This document shows, piece by piece, positions 50,266 to 58,921 of a DNA stretch of 64,000 nucleotides. Positions within the stretch are counted from its first letter, which is position 1. The number at the start of each line of letters is the position of its first letter. The notes beneath the pieces are model-generated. The model had not been told where the DNA came from. It did not search any database and was given only the letters and a program-made list of their open reading frames with translations. Position numbers and translations under genes: made by a program. Source of the DNA: a candidate division WOR-3 bacterium (lineage in GTDB: Bacteria; Hydrothermota; Hydrothermia; B15-G9; WFZT01); the NCBI GenBank assembly GCA_027053075.1, contig JALUEE010000090.1, positions 10,392-74,391 on the forward strand. The letters run 5' to 3'.

Positions 50266-50364
50266 GCAAATTAGGAGAATTATTAAATTCAAAGAATTTT
50301 GTTTACTTTCCTGAGAGTTATTTGGTTATAGCAATCCCCATTGGAAATTATAAAATATAGCCCC

Positions 50365-50665
50365 TCACCTTGCCTCTCCCCGCAAAGAATTTATGCGGGG
50401 AGAGGAAGTTTTTGGGTGTAGGAGTAATTGATTGAACATGCAAACGGAGCGCATAGGCTAAATGAATTTCCACCTGTACATCCCTGCAATCACAATATAA
50501 ATTACCAGAAAACCAAGTAGAACCTTTCTAACAAGCGAAACTTGTTTCCCCCAACAACACAAAATATTTCCCTCCCCTGCGCTTTGCGCTGGGGAGGGTG
50601 AGGGAGGGGTATTCCGCTTGAAATCTTGAAATTACATATCTAAACCATCACCCTTACCCCCTTCT
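50365..50665. repeat. intergenic mosaic repeat copy E
   Basis: CCTCTCCCCGC-AAAGAATTTAT-GCGGGGAGAGG palindrome with embedded GAATTTATGCGGGGAGAGGAAGT block, CCCTCCCCTGCGC-TTTG-CGCTGGGGAGGG palindrome, then GGTATTCCGCTTGAAATCTTGAAATTACATATCTAAACCATCACCC block. Confidence 0.7.
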
Positions 50666-50906
50666 GCTAAGCTGAAGAGGTAGATAGATTTTTCCTCAAA
50701 ACTTTTGAAATGTAGCCTCTTTCCTCAACCCTCTTAAACAAATTTTTGTGGGAAAAGTTTTTTATAAAATCGTCAACCTGTTTGAGCCCCCTCGTTTAGA
50801 CGCTTCCTCGTAATTATGCGCCCCAATTTACACTGTAGCAAATTCAACAATGTGCACCAATAGAAACCCGGTTGTTTGTGCCATCGGTGGAAATTATCAT
50901 ATCAAT

Positions 50907-52673
50907 ATGAAGAAAGAGTTGAGGCCTGAGGAACTCAAAGATAGCCTGATTTCAGGTGCGGCCAATGTTATTAAAAATCGGGAAAAGCTCAACAAGATCA
51001 ACGTCTTCCCGGTGCCGGATGGGGATACCGGTTCAAACCTTGCGGAGACCTTCAAAAGTATTCTCCAAACCCTAAAAAGTCGCGATTTTGACAGTGCCCA
51101 CGCTCTTCTCAGTGCTGTATCACGAAACATGCTTAGAAATGCCAGAGGAAATTCAGGGGTCATATTTTCCCAATTTTTCTACAGTTTCAGCAAGTCTTTG
51201 AAGGGCAAGAAAAACGTTTCAATTCATGATTTTGCGGAAAGTATGAAGCAATCTATCAAAAAGACCTATGAAGCACTTGAAAAGCCTGTCGAAGGCACTG
51301 TTCTCACGGTCATCAGAGAGGTATCCGAAGAGGCTGAGAAAATTTCCTTGAAGGTAAATGATTTTCGTGAATTTATAGAGCATCTTCAGGAAACCGCTAA
51401 AAAATCGGTTGAAAAAACGCGGGAGACATTGCCACAGTTGAAAAAGGCACGGGTGGTGGATGCCGGTGGACTCGGATTCCTTTATTTTTTACAGGGAATT
51501 TCTGCTTATTTTAAAGGAGATAGGATTAAATTTGATGAGGATTTTTCGGCATCCCGCGTTGACGAATACAAGGCTGAATTTAGCGAGAAGTATAGATATT
51601 GTACAGAAGTTTTACTTGAGGATAGCAGATTAAATTCTGTTGAAATAAAAAGGAAGCTCTCTTCTCTTGGAGATTCCCTTATTGTTGTGGGTGACCCGGC
51701 TCTATTTCACATACATATTCACACAGACGAGCCTGAAAAAGTTTTTAAAACACTTTCCGAAGTTGGAAAAATCAGGATGAAAAAGGCCGACGACATGCAT
51801 GCGCAGGTGCGCATCAGGCAGGATTATGCAATTCTTGTGGATTCAGGAATGGACCTCCCTCCTTCGTATTATCAAAAATATGGGTTCAAGGTAATTCCCT
51901 TTCAGGTTTTCGTCGGGAATAAATCGTATAAAGAAGGAGTGGATATATCTCGTGAAGAGATTATAAAAATCCTCACTTCAAACAGATGGAAAGAATTGAA
52001 AACCTCGCAGCCTGCCTTCTCCGATTATTTAGAAGCTTATAAAGAGCTCTTAAACCGGGCTCGTCACGTATATGCCATTCATCTATCTTCAAATTTCAGT
52101 GGCACATATTCGAGTTCGGTTACAGCCGCGGAAAGGATTGACCCTGAGCGTATCACGGTTTTTGACACAAAACTGTTCAGTATTGCTGCTGGTCTGCTGG
52201 CTTTAAGGATCAGAGATATGATTGAGAAAAAGATGCCGCGAGAGGAAATTCTAAAGAAAATTGAAGAAATTCGGCTCCAATCCTTTGCTGTAATAGTTCT
52301 CGATACCATGAAAAATTTGGTTCATGGAGGTAGGGCTGGGAAGCTTAAAGGAGGGTTTGTAGATTTCCTTGGTATCAAATTGATTATCACCATTGATGAG
52401 GATGGATACCTCAAAAAACTCACCCAGGCCTTTGGAAGAAAAGCCGCCCTCAAGAAAGTTTTATCTCTTTTGCGAGAGAAACTGGACCCGGGACGCACTT
52501 ATGACTTTGGAATAGCTCACGTAAATACACCTCAAAAAGTGGAGTTTATCAGGGAATTCATCAGGTCAAATTTTAAGTACAGGGACATTATCGTGAACTA
52601 CACCACCCCTGCAATTGCTGTCTATGGTGGTCCTGGAGCTTATGGGGTATTTGCGGTACCTGTAGAAGAATAG
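50907..52673 (+). CDS. DAK2-domain fusion protein (YloV/FakA-like fatty-acid kinase subunit)
   Basis: VFPVPDGDTGSNL Dak2 motif, a middle domain, and a C-terminal EDD/DegV-like domain (ILVDSGMDLP..., SSNFSGTY). Start taken at the second Met (MKKELRPEEL). Confidence 0.75.
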   Translation: MKKELRPEELKDSLISGAANVIKNREKLNKINVFPVPDGDTGSNLAETFKSILQTLKSRDFDSAHALLSAVSRNMLRNARGNSGVIFSQFFYSFSKSLKGKKNVSIHDFAESMKQSIKKTYEALEKPVEGTVLTVIREVSEEAEKISLKVNDFREFIEHLQETAKKSVEKTRETLPQLKKARVVDAGGLGFLYFLQGISAYFKGDRIKFDEDFSASRVDEYKAEFSEKYRYCTEVLLEDSRLNSVEIKRKLSSLGDSLIVVGDPALFHIHIHTDEPEKVFKTLSEVGKIRMKKADDMHAQVRIRQDYAILVDSGMDLPPSYYQKYGFKVIPFQVFVGNKSYKEGVDISREEIIKILTSNRWKELKTSQPAFSDYLEAYKELLNRARHVYAIHLSSNFSGTYSSSVTAAERIDPERITVFDTKLFSIAAGLLALRIRDMIEKKMPREEILKKIEEIRLQSFAVIVLDTMKNLVHGGRAGKLKGGFVDFLGIKLIITIDEDGYLKKLTQAFGRKAALKKVLSLLREKLDPGRTYDFGIAHVNTPQKVEFIREFIRSNFKYRDIIVNYTTPAIAVYGGPGAYGVFAVPVEE

Positions 52674-52722
52674 ACCAATCCCTTTGGCTAAATAGAGAGG
52701 CAGCTAAGAATCAGTTCTGTAA

Positions 52723-53331
52723 TTAGCCCTTTCTCGGGGCAATAACAAGAACAACATTATCCCCACGCCCAACCTGATAGACCCTGATCTTTCTATCCCT
52801 TTTGAGAATATCCCTGATGAGTTTTCTCTCTTCGGGGGAAAGGTCATCGTCAATGCGCATTTCCATGCCAGTTTCTTTTACCCTCTTTGCAACGGCTTTT
52901 GCCTTGTTGATAATGAACTCTCTACGACGTCTCCTGTATCCAGAGACATCTATGTCCACATGGATGTCATTCTTTTTACGTTTGATGAGCAAGGAGAGAA
53001 GATAAGCAAGGGCATCCAGATTCTTTCCCTTTTTACCAATGAAAACAGAGTCATACCCCCTGGTATGTATGTTTACATTGTATCTTTTCCTCCTTCTCGG
53101 CTCTATATCAATTTCGACTTTGACACCGAGGGTATCAAAAAATTCTTTTATTACCCCTTCTATGATGTCAAAGTCCTCTTCGTCCAGATAGAGCCGAATT
53201 TTTGCAGGCTCGCTATTAAACCCTTCATTTATAATTTCAAAGCGAGCCTCACTCCTCTCTATGCCTGCCTTCCTTAGCGCCTTTTCCAATGCCTCTTCTA
53301 CCGTTTTTCCTTCCTCTTCGATGTACCGCAT
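52723..53331 (-). CDS. jag: RNA-binding protein Jag/KhpB (Jag_N-KH-R3H)
   Basis: MRYIEEEGKTVEEALEKAL N-terminus; directly downstream of yidC. Confidence 0.85.
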   Translation of the reverse strand: MRYIEEEGKTVEEALEKALRKAGIERSEARFEIINEGFNSEPAKIRLYLDEEDFDIIEGVIKEFFDTLGVKVEIDIEPRRRKRYNVNIHTRGYDSVFIGKKGKNLDALAYLLSLLIKRKKNDIHVDIDVSGYRRRRREFIINKAKAVAKRVKETGMEMRIDDDLSPEERKLIRDILKRDRKIRVYQVGRGDNVVLVIAPRKG

Positions 53332-53334
53332 TCT

Positions 53335-54855
53335 CTACCCTCCGCTGTACTCTTTTTTGATCACGTACTGTTCAATTATGCTTAACAAATTATAAACAAA
53401 CCAATAAAGTACTATCCCTGAAGGGAATTTGAGGAATAGTACTGTAATAAAAATGGGCATAAACAAAGCCATCATCCTGGCATTTTTATCCTGCGCTGGC
53501 TGAGTTAACGCCTGACCAAGACTTGCCAGACCCATCAAAATTGGTAAAATGAAATAAGGGTCTGCACTTGAAAGGTCTTTTATCCATAGAATCCAGTGTG
53601 CCCCCCTCAGGTCAATGGTGGTCTTTAAGACCTGATAAAGAGCCCAGAAAATGGGGAACTGTAGCACGAGAACAAGGCAGCCCGAGAATGGATTTACCTT
53701 ATACTGCCTGTAGAGCTCCATCATTTCCTTGTTTAATCTCTGAGGATCATCTTTGTATATTTTCTGCAACTGCTTCATTTTCGGCTGGAGTTCCTGCATC
53801 TTCCTCATGGATTTCAAACTGTATCTGGTGAATGGGAAGAAGAGGATTTTCATCAGGATGGAGAAGATTACAATTGCCCAGCCATAATTTGGAATAAATC
53901 TGTGGATATACCTCAATGCGTAAAGGATTATTTTGGAGAAAATGTTGATGACAGGAGGTCCGAATTCATAAATACTTGCAAGGTCGTATCCCACATCCTT
54001 AAGGAGGAAATAGTCAATGGGCCCGAAATAAACCTTTAATGGATGTGGCCCATCTTTAGAAAGTGCATCAAAAGAAATCCTGTCTTTTTCCGCTCTTGCA
54101 TAGACCCTATGAAGCTTCCCCTTGTGAATTACATCAAAGGTGAAGTATTTTGTCCTTATGCCAAACCATGTAAAGTCATCGGCAATGGCCTTAAATTCAT
54201 ACTTTCTAAGTTTTTTGAGCCCTATTTTGTGGAGTTTATCTTTGTAATAGATAAATTTAAAATGTCTAACATCGTCAGAATGATTTTTTTCTGTCCCTTT
54301 CAAACCTGAATCAAACCTGTAGAGGATTTCACCCCTGTAACCCTTGATTTTAAGGTCATAATCGATCATGTAAATCTTTGGATCGAATTTAAAAACCTTT
54401 TCTATCTGTAGGTTATCATTAACTCTGGAAACAAGCTTTAATTCAAAAGGTCCATTTATAACAAAAGTATCTTTGGCCGCTTCGAAATCGAGATTTATCC
54501 CTTTAATGCTATCTGTTTCAAAATCAAACATTCCGTAACCTTCAGGGATAAGCTCAACGGGTTTACCAAAGGCATCTTTGTACTTTTTCAAAGTGTAACT
54601 TACAAGTAATCCCCCTTTCCTTGAGAATTTTGCGATAAAGGTGGGTGATTCCACTACTATCGGGGTAGTTACCTTTACTGTTTTAACTGCTTTTGTAACG
54701 GTTTTCTCAAGGCTTTTCCCTGCCTTTGTGGTATCAACCTGAGTGGACTGAGCTTTACTTACAGGCTTTTTGGGCTTTGGCTTCATGAAAAGCGCCTGAT
54801 ACAGGATGAGAAATAGGAATATGAATATGGTGTATGTTAGAAATCTTTTATCCAT
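53335..54855 (-). CDS. yidC: membrane protein insertase YidC
   Basis: Periplasmic domain plus a 5-TM core with the NPFSGCLVLVLQFPIF motif. Confidence 0.9.
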   Translation of the reverse strand: MDKRFLTYTIFIFLFLILYQALFMKPKPKKPVSKAQSTQVDTTKAGKSLEKTVTKAVKTVKVTTPIVVESPTFIAKFSRKGGLLVSYTLKKYKDAFGKPVELIPEGYGMFDFETDSIKGINLDFEAAKDTFVINGPFELKLVSRVNDNLQIEKVFKFDPKIYMIDYDLKIKGYRGEILYRFDSGLKGTEKNHSDDVRHFKFIYYKDKLHKIGLKKLRKYEFKAIADDFTWFGIRTKYFTFDVIHKGKLHRVYARAEKDRISFDALSKDGPHPLKVYFGPIDYFLLKDVGYDLASIYEFGPPVINIFSKIILYALRYIHRFIPNYGWAIVIFSILMKILFFPFTRYSLKSMRKMQELQPKMKQLQKIYKDDPQRLNKEMMELYRQYKVNPFSGCLVLVLQFPIFWALYQVLKTTIDLRGAHWILWIKDLSSADPYFILPILMGLASLGQALTQPAQDKNARMMALFMPIFITVLFLKFPSGIVLYWFVYNLLSIIEQYVIKKEYSGG

Positions 54856-54858
54856 AGC

Positions 54859-55122
54859 TTACCTCACAGGGTCGTAACCTCCGGGATTTAGTGGATTACA
54901 ACGCAAGATTCTCCAGATAGACATTAAACCTCCTTTTAAGATTCCGTATTTTTTGATTGCCTCGATGCTGTAATTTGAACAGGTTGGGTAAAATCTACAG
55001 GTGTGTGGGAGAGAGGGAGAAATAGCCCTTTGATAAAATTTAATCAGGGAAATTGCAATGTCACTCAGGAATTTTCCAGGTCCTTTGCGAACCTTTTCAG
55101 GTCTTCCTGAATCTCCTCCCAT
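54859..55122 (-). CDS. yidD: membrane protein insertion efficiency factor YidD (start uncertain)
   Basis: [37 protein letters not shown] is the YidD core. The ORF-track call (155 aa) runs into rnpA; an internal Met at 55122 would give 88 aa. Confidence 0.65.
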   Translation of the reverse strand: MGGDSGRPEKVRKGPGKFLSDIAISLIKFYQRAISPSLPHTCRFYPTCSNYSIEAIKKYGILKGGLMSIWRILRCNPLNPGGYDPVR

Positions 55123-55379
55123 CTGGCCCTCAATGTATTGTGAGAGCCCATGAATATGTATTTCCCGGGTGGTAAGATGTCCAGGTTCAGCCTCACGACT
55201 TCCCTGAGCCTCCTCTTGACCCGATTTTTTTTGACCCTGGTTCTTAACTTTTTTGAAGCCGCGAAGCCGAATTTCTTTTCTTCTGACGGTACCCAGTACA
55301 CCACGAATGTTTTTAATCTTCTCCATCTCCCGTTTTTTATAATATAAAAAAAATCCTCGTTCTTCTTTAAGGTTTCCAA
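55065..55379 (-). CDS. rnpA: ribonuclease P protein component
   Basis: Basic [19 protein letters not shown]-like motif; sits between rpmH and yidD. Confidence 0.8.
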   Translation of the reverse strand: METLKKNEDFFYIIKNGRWRRLKTFVVYWVPSEEKKFGFAASKKLRTRVKKNRVKRRLREVVRLNLDILPPGKYIFMGSHNTLRARWEEIQEDLKRFAKDLENS

Positions 55380-55383
55380 AAGA

Positions 55384-55518
55384 TCAGGCTGTTAAAACTT
55401 TTCTTCCTCTTCTTCTGCGGTTTCTTATAATTTTTCTACCTGATTTTGTTTTCATTCTCGCTCTGAAGCCATGTCTTCTCTTTCTTTTAATAATAGACGG
55501 CTGAAAAGTCCTCTTCAT
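55384..55518 (-). CDS. rpmH: 50S ribosomal protein L34
   Basis: Manual translation gives [44 protein letters not shown] (44 aa). AGGAGG RBS. Not in the ORF track because it is under 60 aa. Confidence 0.85.
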   Translation of the reverse strand: MKRTFQPSIIKRKRRHGFRARMKTKSGRKIIRNRRRRGRKVLTA

Positions 55519-55546
55519 TGGGGCCTCCTTGGGGAATTTTTACAAG

Positions 55547-55622
<76 letters not shown>

Positions 55623-55879
55623 ACGTTAAGCTCGTATATTATAATAAGTATGCAAAAAATTTACAAGTGAAGTTGGTTCTGTTTATGGGGAGAGGTAAAA
55701 AGTAAAGGTTTTCGTGGATTCCATGATATTAAATCCATTGAAAGCCACAGCTCCCATGTAAGAGTGAAATATTACCATTCTGGAGATATCCAGATCGGCC
55801 AAAAATAAGGCTAACCTGCCGTGTACGATACTTCCGGGTATTTGACATTTCATTTTCTTGGCCAATAAACTAAATCCCG

Positions 55880-56026
55880 ATGAGAAAGATTGGATGGATA
55901 ATAGCGATAATTGTTACCATTACAGTTTCTGCGGCCTTTCTATATCACGGGATAAAGGCCGGAGAAAATAACGAAATAGGGATGAATGCATCACTTATCT
56001 GTTTTTCATGCATCGGGCTTGAATAA
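55880..56026 (+). CDS. possible 48-aa small membrane protein with CFSC motif, TAATG-coupled to the polyferredoxin gene
   Basis: Manual translation gives MRKIGWIIAIIVTITVSAAFLYHGIKAGENNEIGMNASLICFSCIGLE. Confidence 0.3.
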   Translation: MRKIGWIIAIIVTITVSAAFLYHGIKAGENNEIGMNASLICFSCIGLE

Positions 56027-56889
56027 TGGTTTCGAAAATCAGGAGATTTTTTCAATATATAAGTGCCGCCGCCATTGACAACTATGTCAAGGGGGTTTTA
56101 ATAGGGCAGGCCATTTATCAGGGAGTTTTTAAGAACGTACCTGCACCTGCCCTCAACTGCTACTCGTGCCCCCTTTCGAGATTCGCCTGTCCCATTGGTA
56201 CTTTTCAGCATTTTTTGACCCTCAGACAGGTCCCGTACTTTATGCTTGGTTTCTTTGGCTTCATCGGAGGCTTGATCGGAAGGGCTCCATGTGGATGGAT
56301 CTGCCCTTTTGGGCTTATCCAGGAACTCCTCTACAAAATCCCTTCATTCAAAATCAGCTTGCCTGAGTGGGTAAAATACTTCAAGTATGTGGTTCTTGTC
56401 ATTCTTGCGATTTTGTTGCCAATTTTTCTCCTTGAGCCGTGGTTCTGTAAATTCTGCCCCGCAGGCACAATCGAAGCCGGTATCCCACTTCTCGCCTGGA
56501 ATCCAGTTAAATCCATGGGGTCATCCCTGTATGACCTTTTAACCACCCATTTTTACGTCAAATACGGGATATTACTCGCATTCCTTGCCCTGTTTATCAC
56601 GACCAAGAGACCATTTTGCCGTATGATGTGCCCACTTGGTGCTATTTTCTCCCTTTTCAATAAGTTCGCTGTTATTAGAATGCATGTTGATCTTGATAAG
56701 TGCTCCAGGTGCGACCTTTGCTACAATGTTTGCCCCATGGAGATAAGAATCTGGGAAAATCCAGACAACGTAGACTGTATAAGATGCATGAAATGCTACG
56801 ATGTATGCCCGGATAGGGCTATTCAGGTGATAACTCCCCTAAACTTCCCGGTAGAAGTCAAGCTACAAAAGAATTATCCTCCGGCATGA
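56026..56889 (+). CDS. NapH/MauN-like membrane polyferredoxin (4Fe-4S binding)
   Basis: CYSCPLSRFACPIG and CGWICPFG in the membrane region; two C-terminal CxxCxxCxxxCP ferredoxin motifs. Confidence 0.75.
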   Translation: MVSKIRRFFQYISAAAIDNYVKGVLIGQAIYQGVFKNVPAPALNCYSCPLSRFACPIGTFQHFLTLRQVPYFMLGFFGFIGGLIGRAPCGWICPFGLIQELLYKIPSFKISLPEWVKYFKYVVLVILAILLPIFLLEPWFCKFCPAGTIEAGIPLLAWNPVKSMGSSLYDLLTTHFYVKYGILLAFLALFITTKRPFCRMMCPLGAIFSLFNKFAVIRMHVDLDKCSRCDLCYNVCPMEIRIWENPDNVDCIRCMKCYDVCPDRAIQVITPLNFPVEVKLQKNYPPA

Positions 56890-57749
56890 TTTTCACATAT
56901 TAGCCCTGAATCACAGATTTTTTCTTTTTCAATCTGGATGGTTGTATGAGTGATGCCAAATTTGTCTTTAAGTGTGTCCTGAACCCTTTTCAAAATACTA
57001 TCCGTGTCTGAGCTTGATGCGACCAGATGACAGGAGAGAAATATTTCCTTTGAATCAACACTCCAGACATGGATACTGTGAATATCGTCCACGCCATCAA
57101 TTTTCTTAATCTCCCTGGCAATTTCATTTATGTCAAAACCTTCGGGTACCCCCATCATGAGAATGTGCACCGTATTTTTTAGTAACTCATAGGCGCTTTT
57201 TAACATCAGAATGACTATCAAAAAAGAGATAATTGGGTCGAAAAAAACGAATCCTGTAAAGTAGATAACTGGAACCGCTATTACCACAAGTACAGAAGAA
57301 AGTGTATCATAAAATAAGTGGAGATAGGCGGCTTTAACGTTGATGCTATGCTCTTTGTGTGAATGTAGCATAAGGATACTGAAGAAGTTTCCAAGAAGTC
57401 CAATCACTGCTGCAACTGACATTACCCCAAGCTCAATAGGCTCCGGGTGGGTAAATCTCTTAACAATTTCAATCACTATCCAGATGGCGACTGCAAAAAG
57501 GAAGACTGCGTTTAAAAGCGCGGCAAGGATTTCTGACCTTTTGAAGCCAAAGGTGTGTCTTTCATCTGCTGGCTTCTTTGAAATCCTTTCCCCGAGATAG
57601 CCAATTATGAGTGAGAGAACATCACTCAGGTTATGGATTGCATCCGAAATGAGGGCGAGGCTCCCGGATAAAAGCCCTCCCAATATTTCCACAAGGGTAA
57701 TAGTTATATTTAGCAGGATTGAAATGAGAAACTTACGGGAGAGATTCAT
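56874..57749 (-). CDS. cation diffusion facilitator family transporter
   Basis: ALISDAIHNLSD CDF signature, 6 TM helices, C-terminal cytoplasmic domain. Confidence 0.85.
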   Translation of the reverse strand: MNLSRKFLISILLNITITLVEILGGLLSGSLALISDAIHNLSDVLSLIIGYLGERISKKPADERHTFGFKRSEILAALLNAVFLFAVAIWIVIEIVKRFTHPEPIELGVMSVAAVIGLLGNFFSILMLHSHKEHSINVKAAYLHLFYDTLSSVLVVIAVPVIYFTGFVFFDPIISFLIVILMLKSAYELLKNTVHILMMGVPEGFDINEIAREIKKIDGVDDIHSIHVWSVDSKEIFLSCHLVASSSDTDSILKRVQDTLKDKFGITHTTIQIEKEKICDSGLICENHAGG

Positions 57750-58888
57750 TTAGAGGTAAATTCTTTGACAATTTTTCGTAGTTTTTTATCGTTTTTGAGA
57801 TGCACGTAGGCAAATATTACAAATCCGTCGGTGTCCTTAGAATCTTTAACGAGTTCAAGCTCCTTTTTAACATAATCTTTGCTCAGGGTGTCAAACCAGA
57901 CTCCAATTCCCATGAGCAGTTTTGAGTTTTTCTTACCCGCAGTGCAATAACGGAGGTATTTCTCGAAAGTGTTGACATAAGGGGTGTATGCCATAGGAAC
58001 TGTGAGGTCGAGAAGTCCATCCTCATTCCACGTCCTCCAGTCTTGACCAAGCTGGAGGTACGCAGAGCCTACATTGGCAAATACTGCCGCAGATATTTCT
58101 ACCTCTGGATTAATGGCTTTAACCCTTTCCCTCACCTGGGCCACTATTTGTTTTACTGCCTCAACACGGGTTTCGTTCCACAGCTTGAATTTGTATTCCG
58201 CATAACGTTCGTAAAGGTTCTTTGCCCTCAATGTATTCCAGTGAGGAGATTTGATGCGCGAGATGTACGGAGAATAAATGGGGTCGTAGTGGTTTTGTGC
58301 TTCAAAATCCTCCCTGATTTCAGGATCGTAACCGTAATTATATCCGGGATATCTAATGAAATCAAAGTGAACGCCATCCACATCATAGTTGGAAACAATC
58401 TCTTCAAAGATACTTGTGATGAAATCCCGAACCTCTTTTTTCCGTGGCTCCAGGAAGAGCCCGTCTGCACTTAAACGGATAAATTGCTCTTTGGTGTAAT
58501 AACGGGTGTTTGTACCATTGTCATCGTAGAGGAACCAATCAGGATGTTTGTAATAAACATGATTTGAGTCTTTTGGTGGAGTTCTCAATGACCAAAATAG
58601 GACCGAATTCACCCATGCGTGGACTTTGATCCCGTTTTTGTGAGCTTCTTCTACAATTTCTTTTAAAGGGTCACGCCCTTTTATGTATTCCGAGACCGGT
58701 AAAATTTTAGATGGGTAGTATGCGTATCCACCAACAACGACCTGGACGAAAATGGCGTTAAGCCCCATCTCTTTGACATTTTTCACTATTTCTCGCGGAG
58801 CGTCAGGAGGCCTTAACTGTCTTGCCGTAATCCAAACACCTTTCACATTCATCGTTCCCATGAGTAGCAAAAGCAATAGCTTCAACAT
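57746..58888 (-). CDS. GH10-like (GHL10/UPF0748) putative glycoside-hydrolase-like lipoprotein
   Basis: Signal peptide, then GVWITA...GLNAIFVQVVVGGYAYYPS...GIKVHAWVN TIM-barrel pattern. Confidence 0.6.
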   Translation of the reverse strand: MLKLLLLLLMGTMNVKGVWITARQLRPPDAPREIVKNVKEMGLNAIFVQVVVGGYAYYPSKILPVSEYIKGRDPLKEIVEEAHKNGIKVHAWVNSVLFWSLRTPPKDSNHVYYKHPDWFLYDDNGTNTRYYTKEQFIRLSADGLFLEPRKKEVRDFITSIFEEIVSNYDVDGVHFDFIRYPGYNYGYDPEIREDFEAQNHYDPIYSPYISRIKSPHWNTLRAKNLYERYAEYKFKLWNETRVEAVKQIVAQVRERVKAINPEVEISAAVFANVGSAYLQLGQDWRTWNEDGLLDLTVPMAYTPYVNTFEKYLRYCTAGKKNSKLLMGIGVWFDTLSKDYVKKELELVKDSKDTDGFVIFAYVHLKNDKKLRKIVKEFTSK

Positions 58889-58921
58889 TGCCTTCTATCG
58901 TAAACAAATCCACAAAAAACG

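Noticed and set aside
50907-52673. Apparent novel 'FakA N-terminus fused to DegV/FakB' architecture
   Set aside because: The C-terminal EDD/DegV-like domain is a normal part of YloV/FakA-type DAK2 fusion proteins. This is the ordinary architecture, not a new fusion.
55683-55865. 60-aa minus-strand ORF upstream of tRNA-Val
   Set aside because: No RBS. It lies in the promoter region of the tRNA-Val-rpmH unit. Its composition is AT-rich, like the noise ORFs.
55623-56025. Expected dnaA / oriC next to rpmH
   Set aside because: No DnaA-like ORF, and I saw no obvious TTATCCACA-type box cluster in this gap. Only a micro-ORF and a polyferredoxin follow. The origin is probably elsewhere, which is common.
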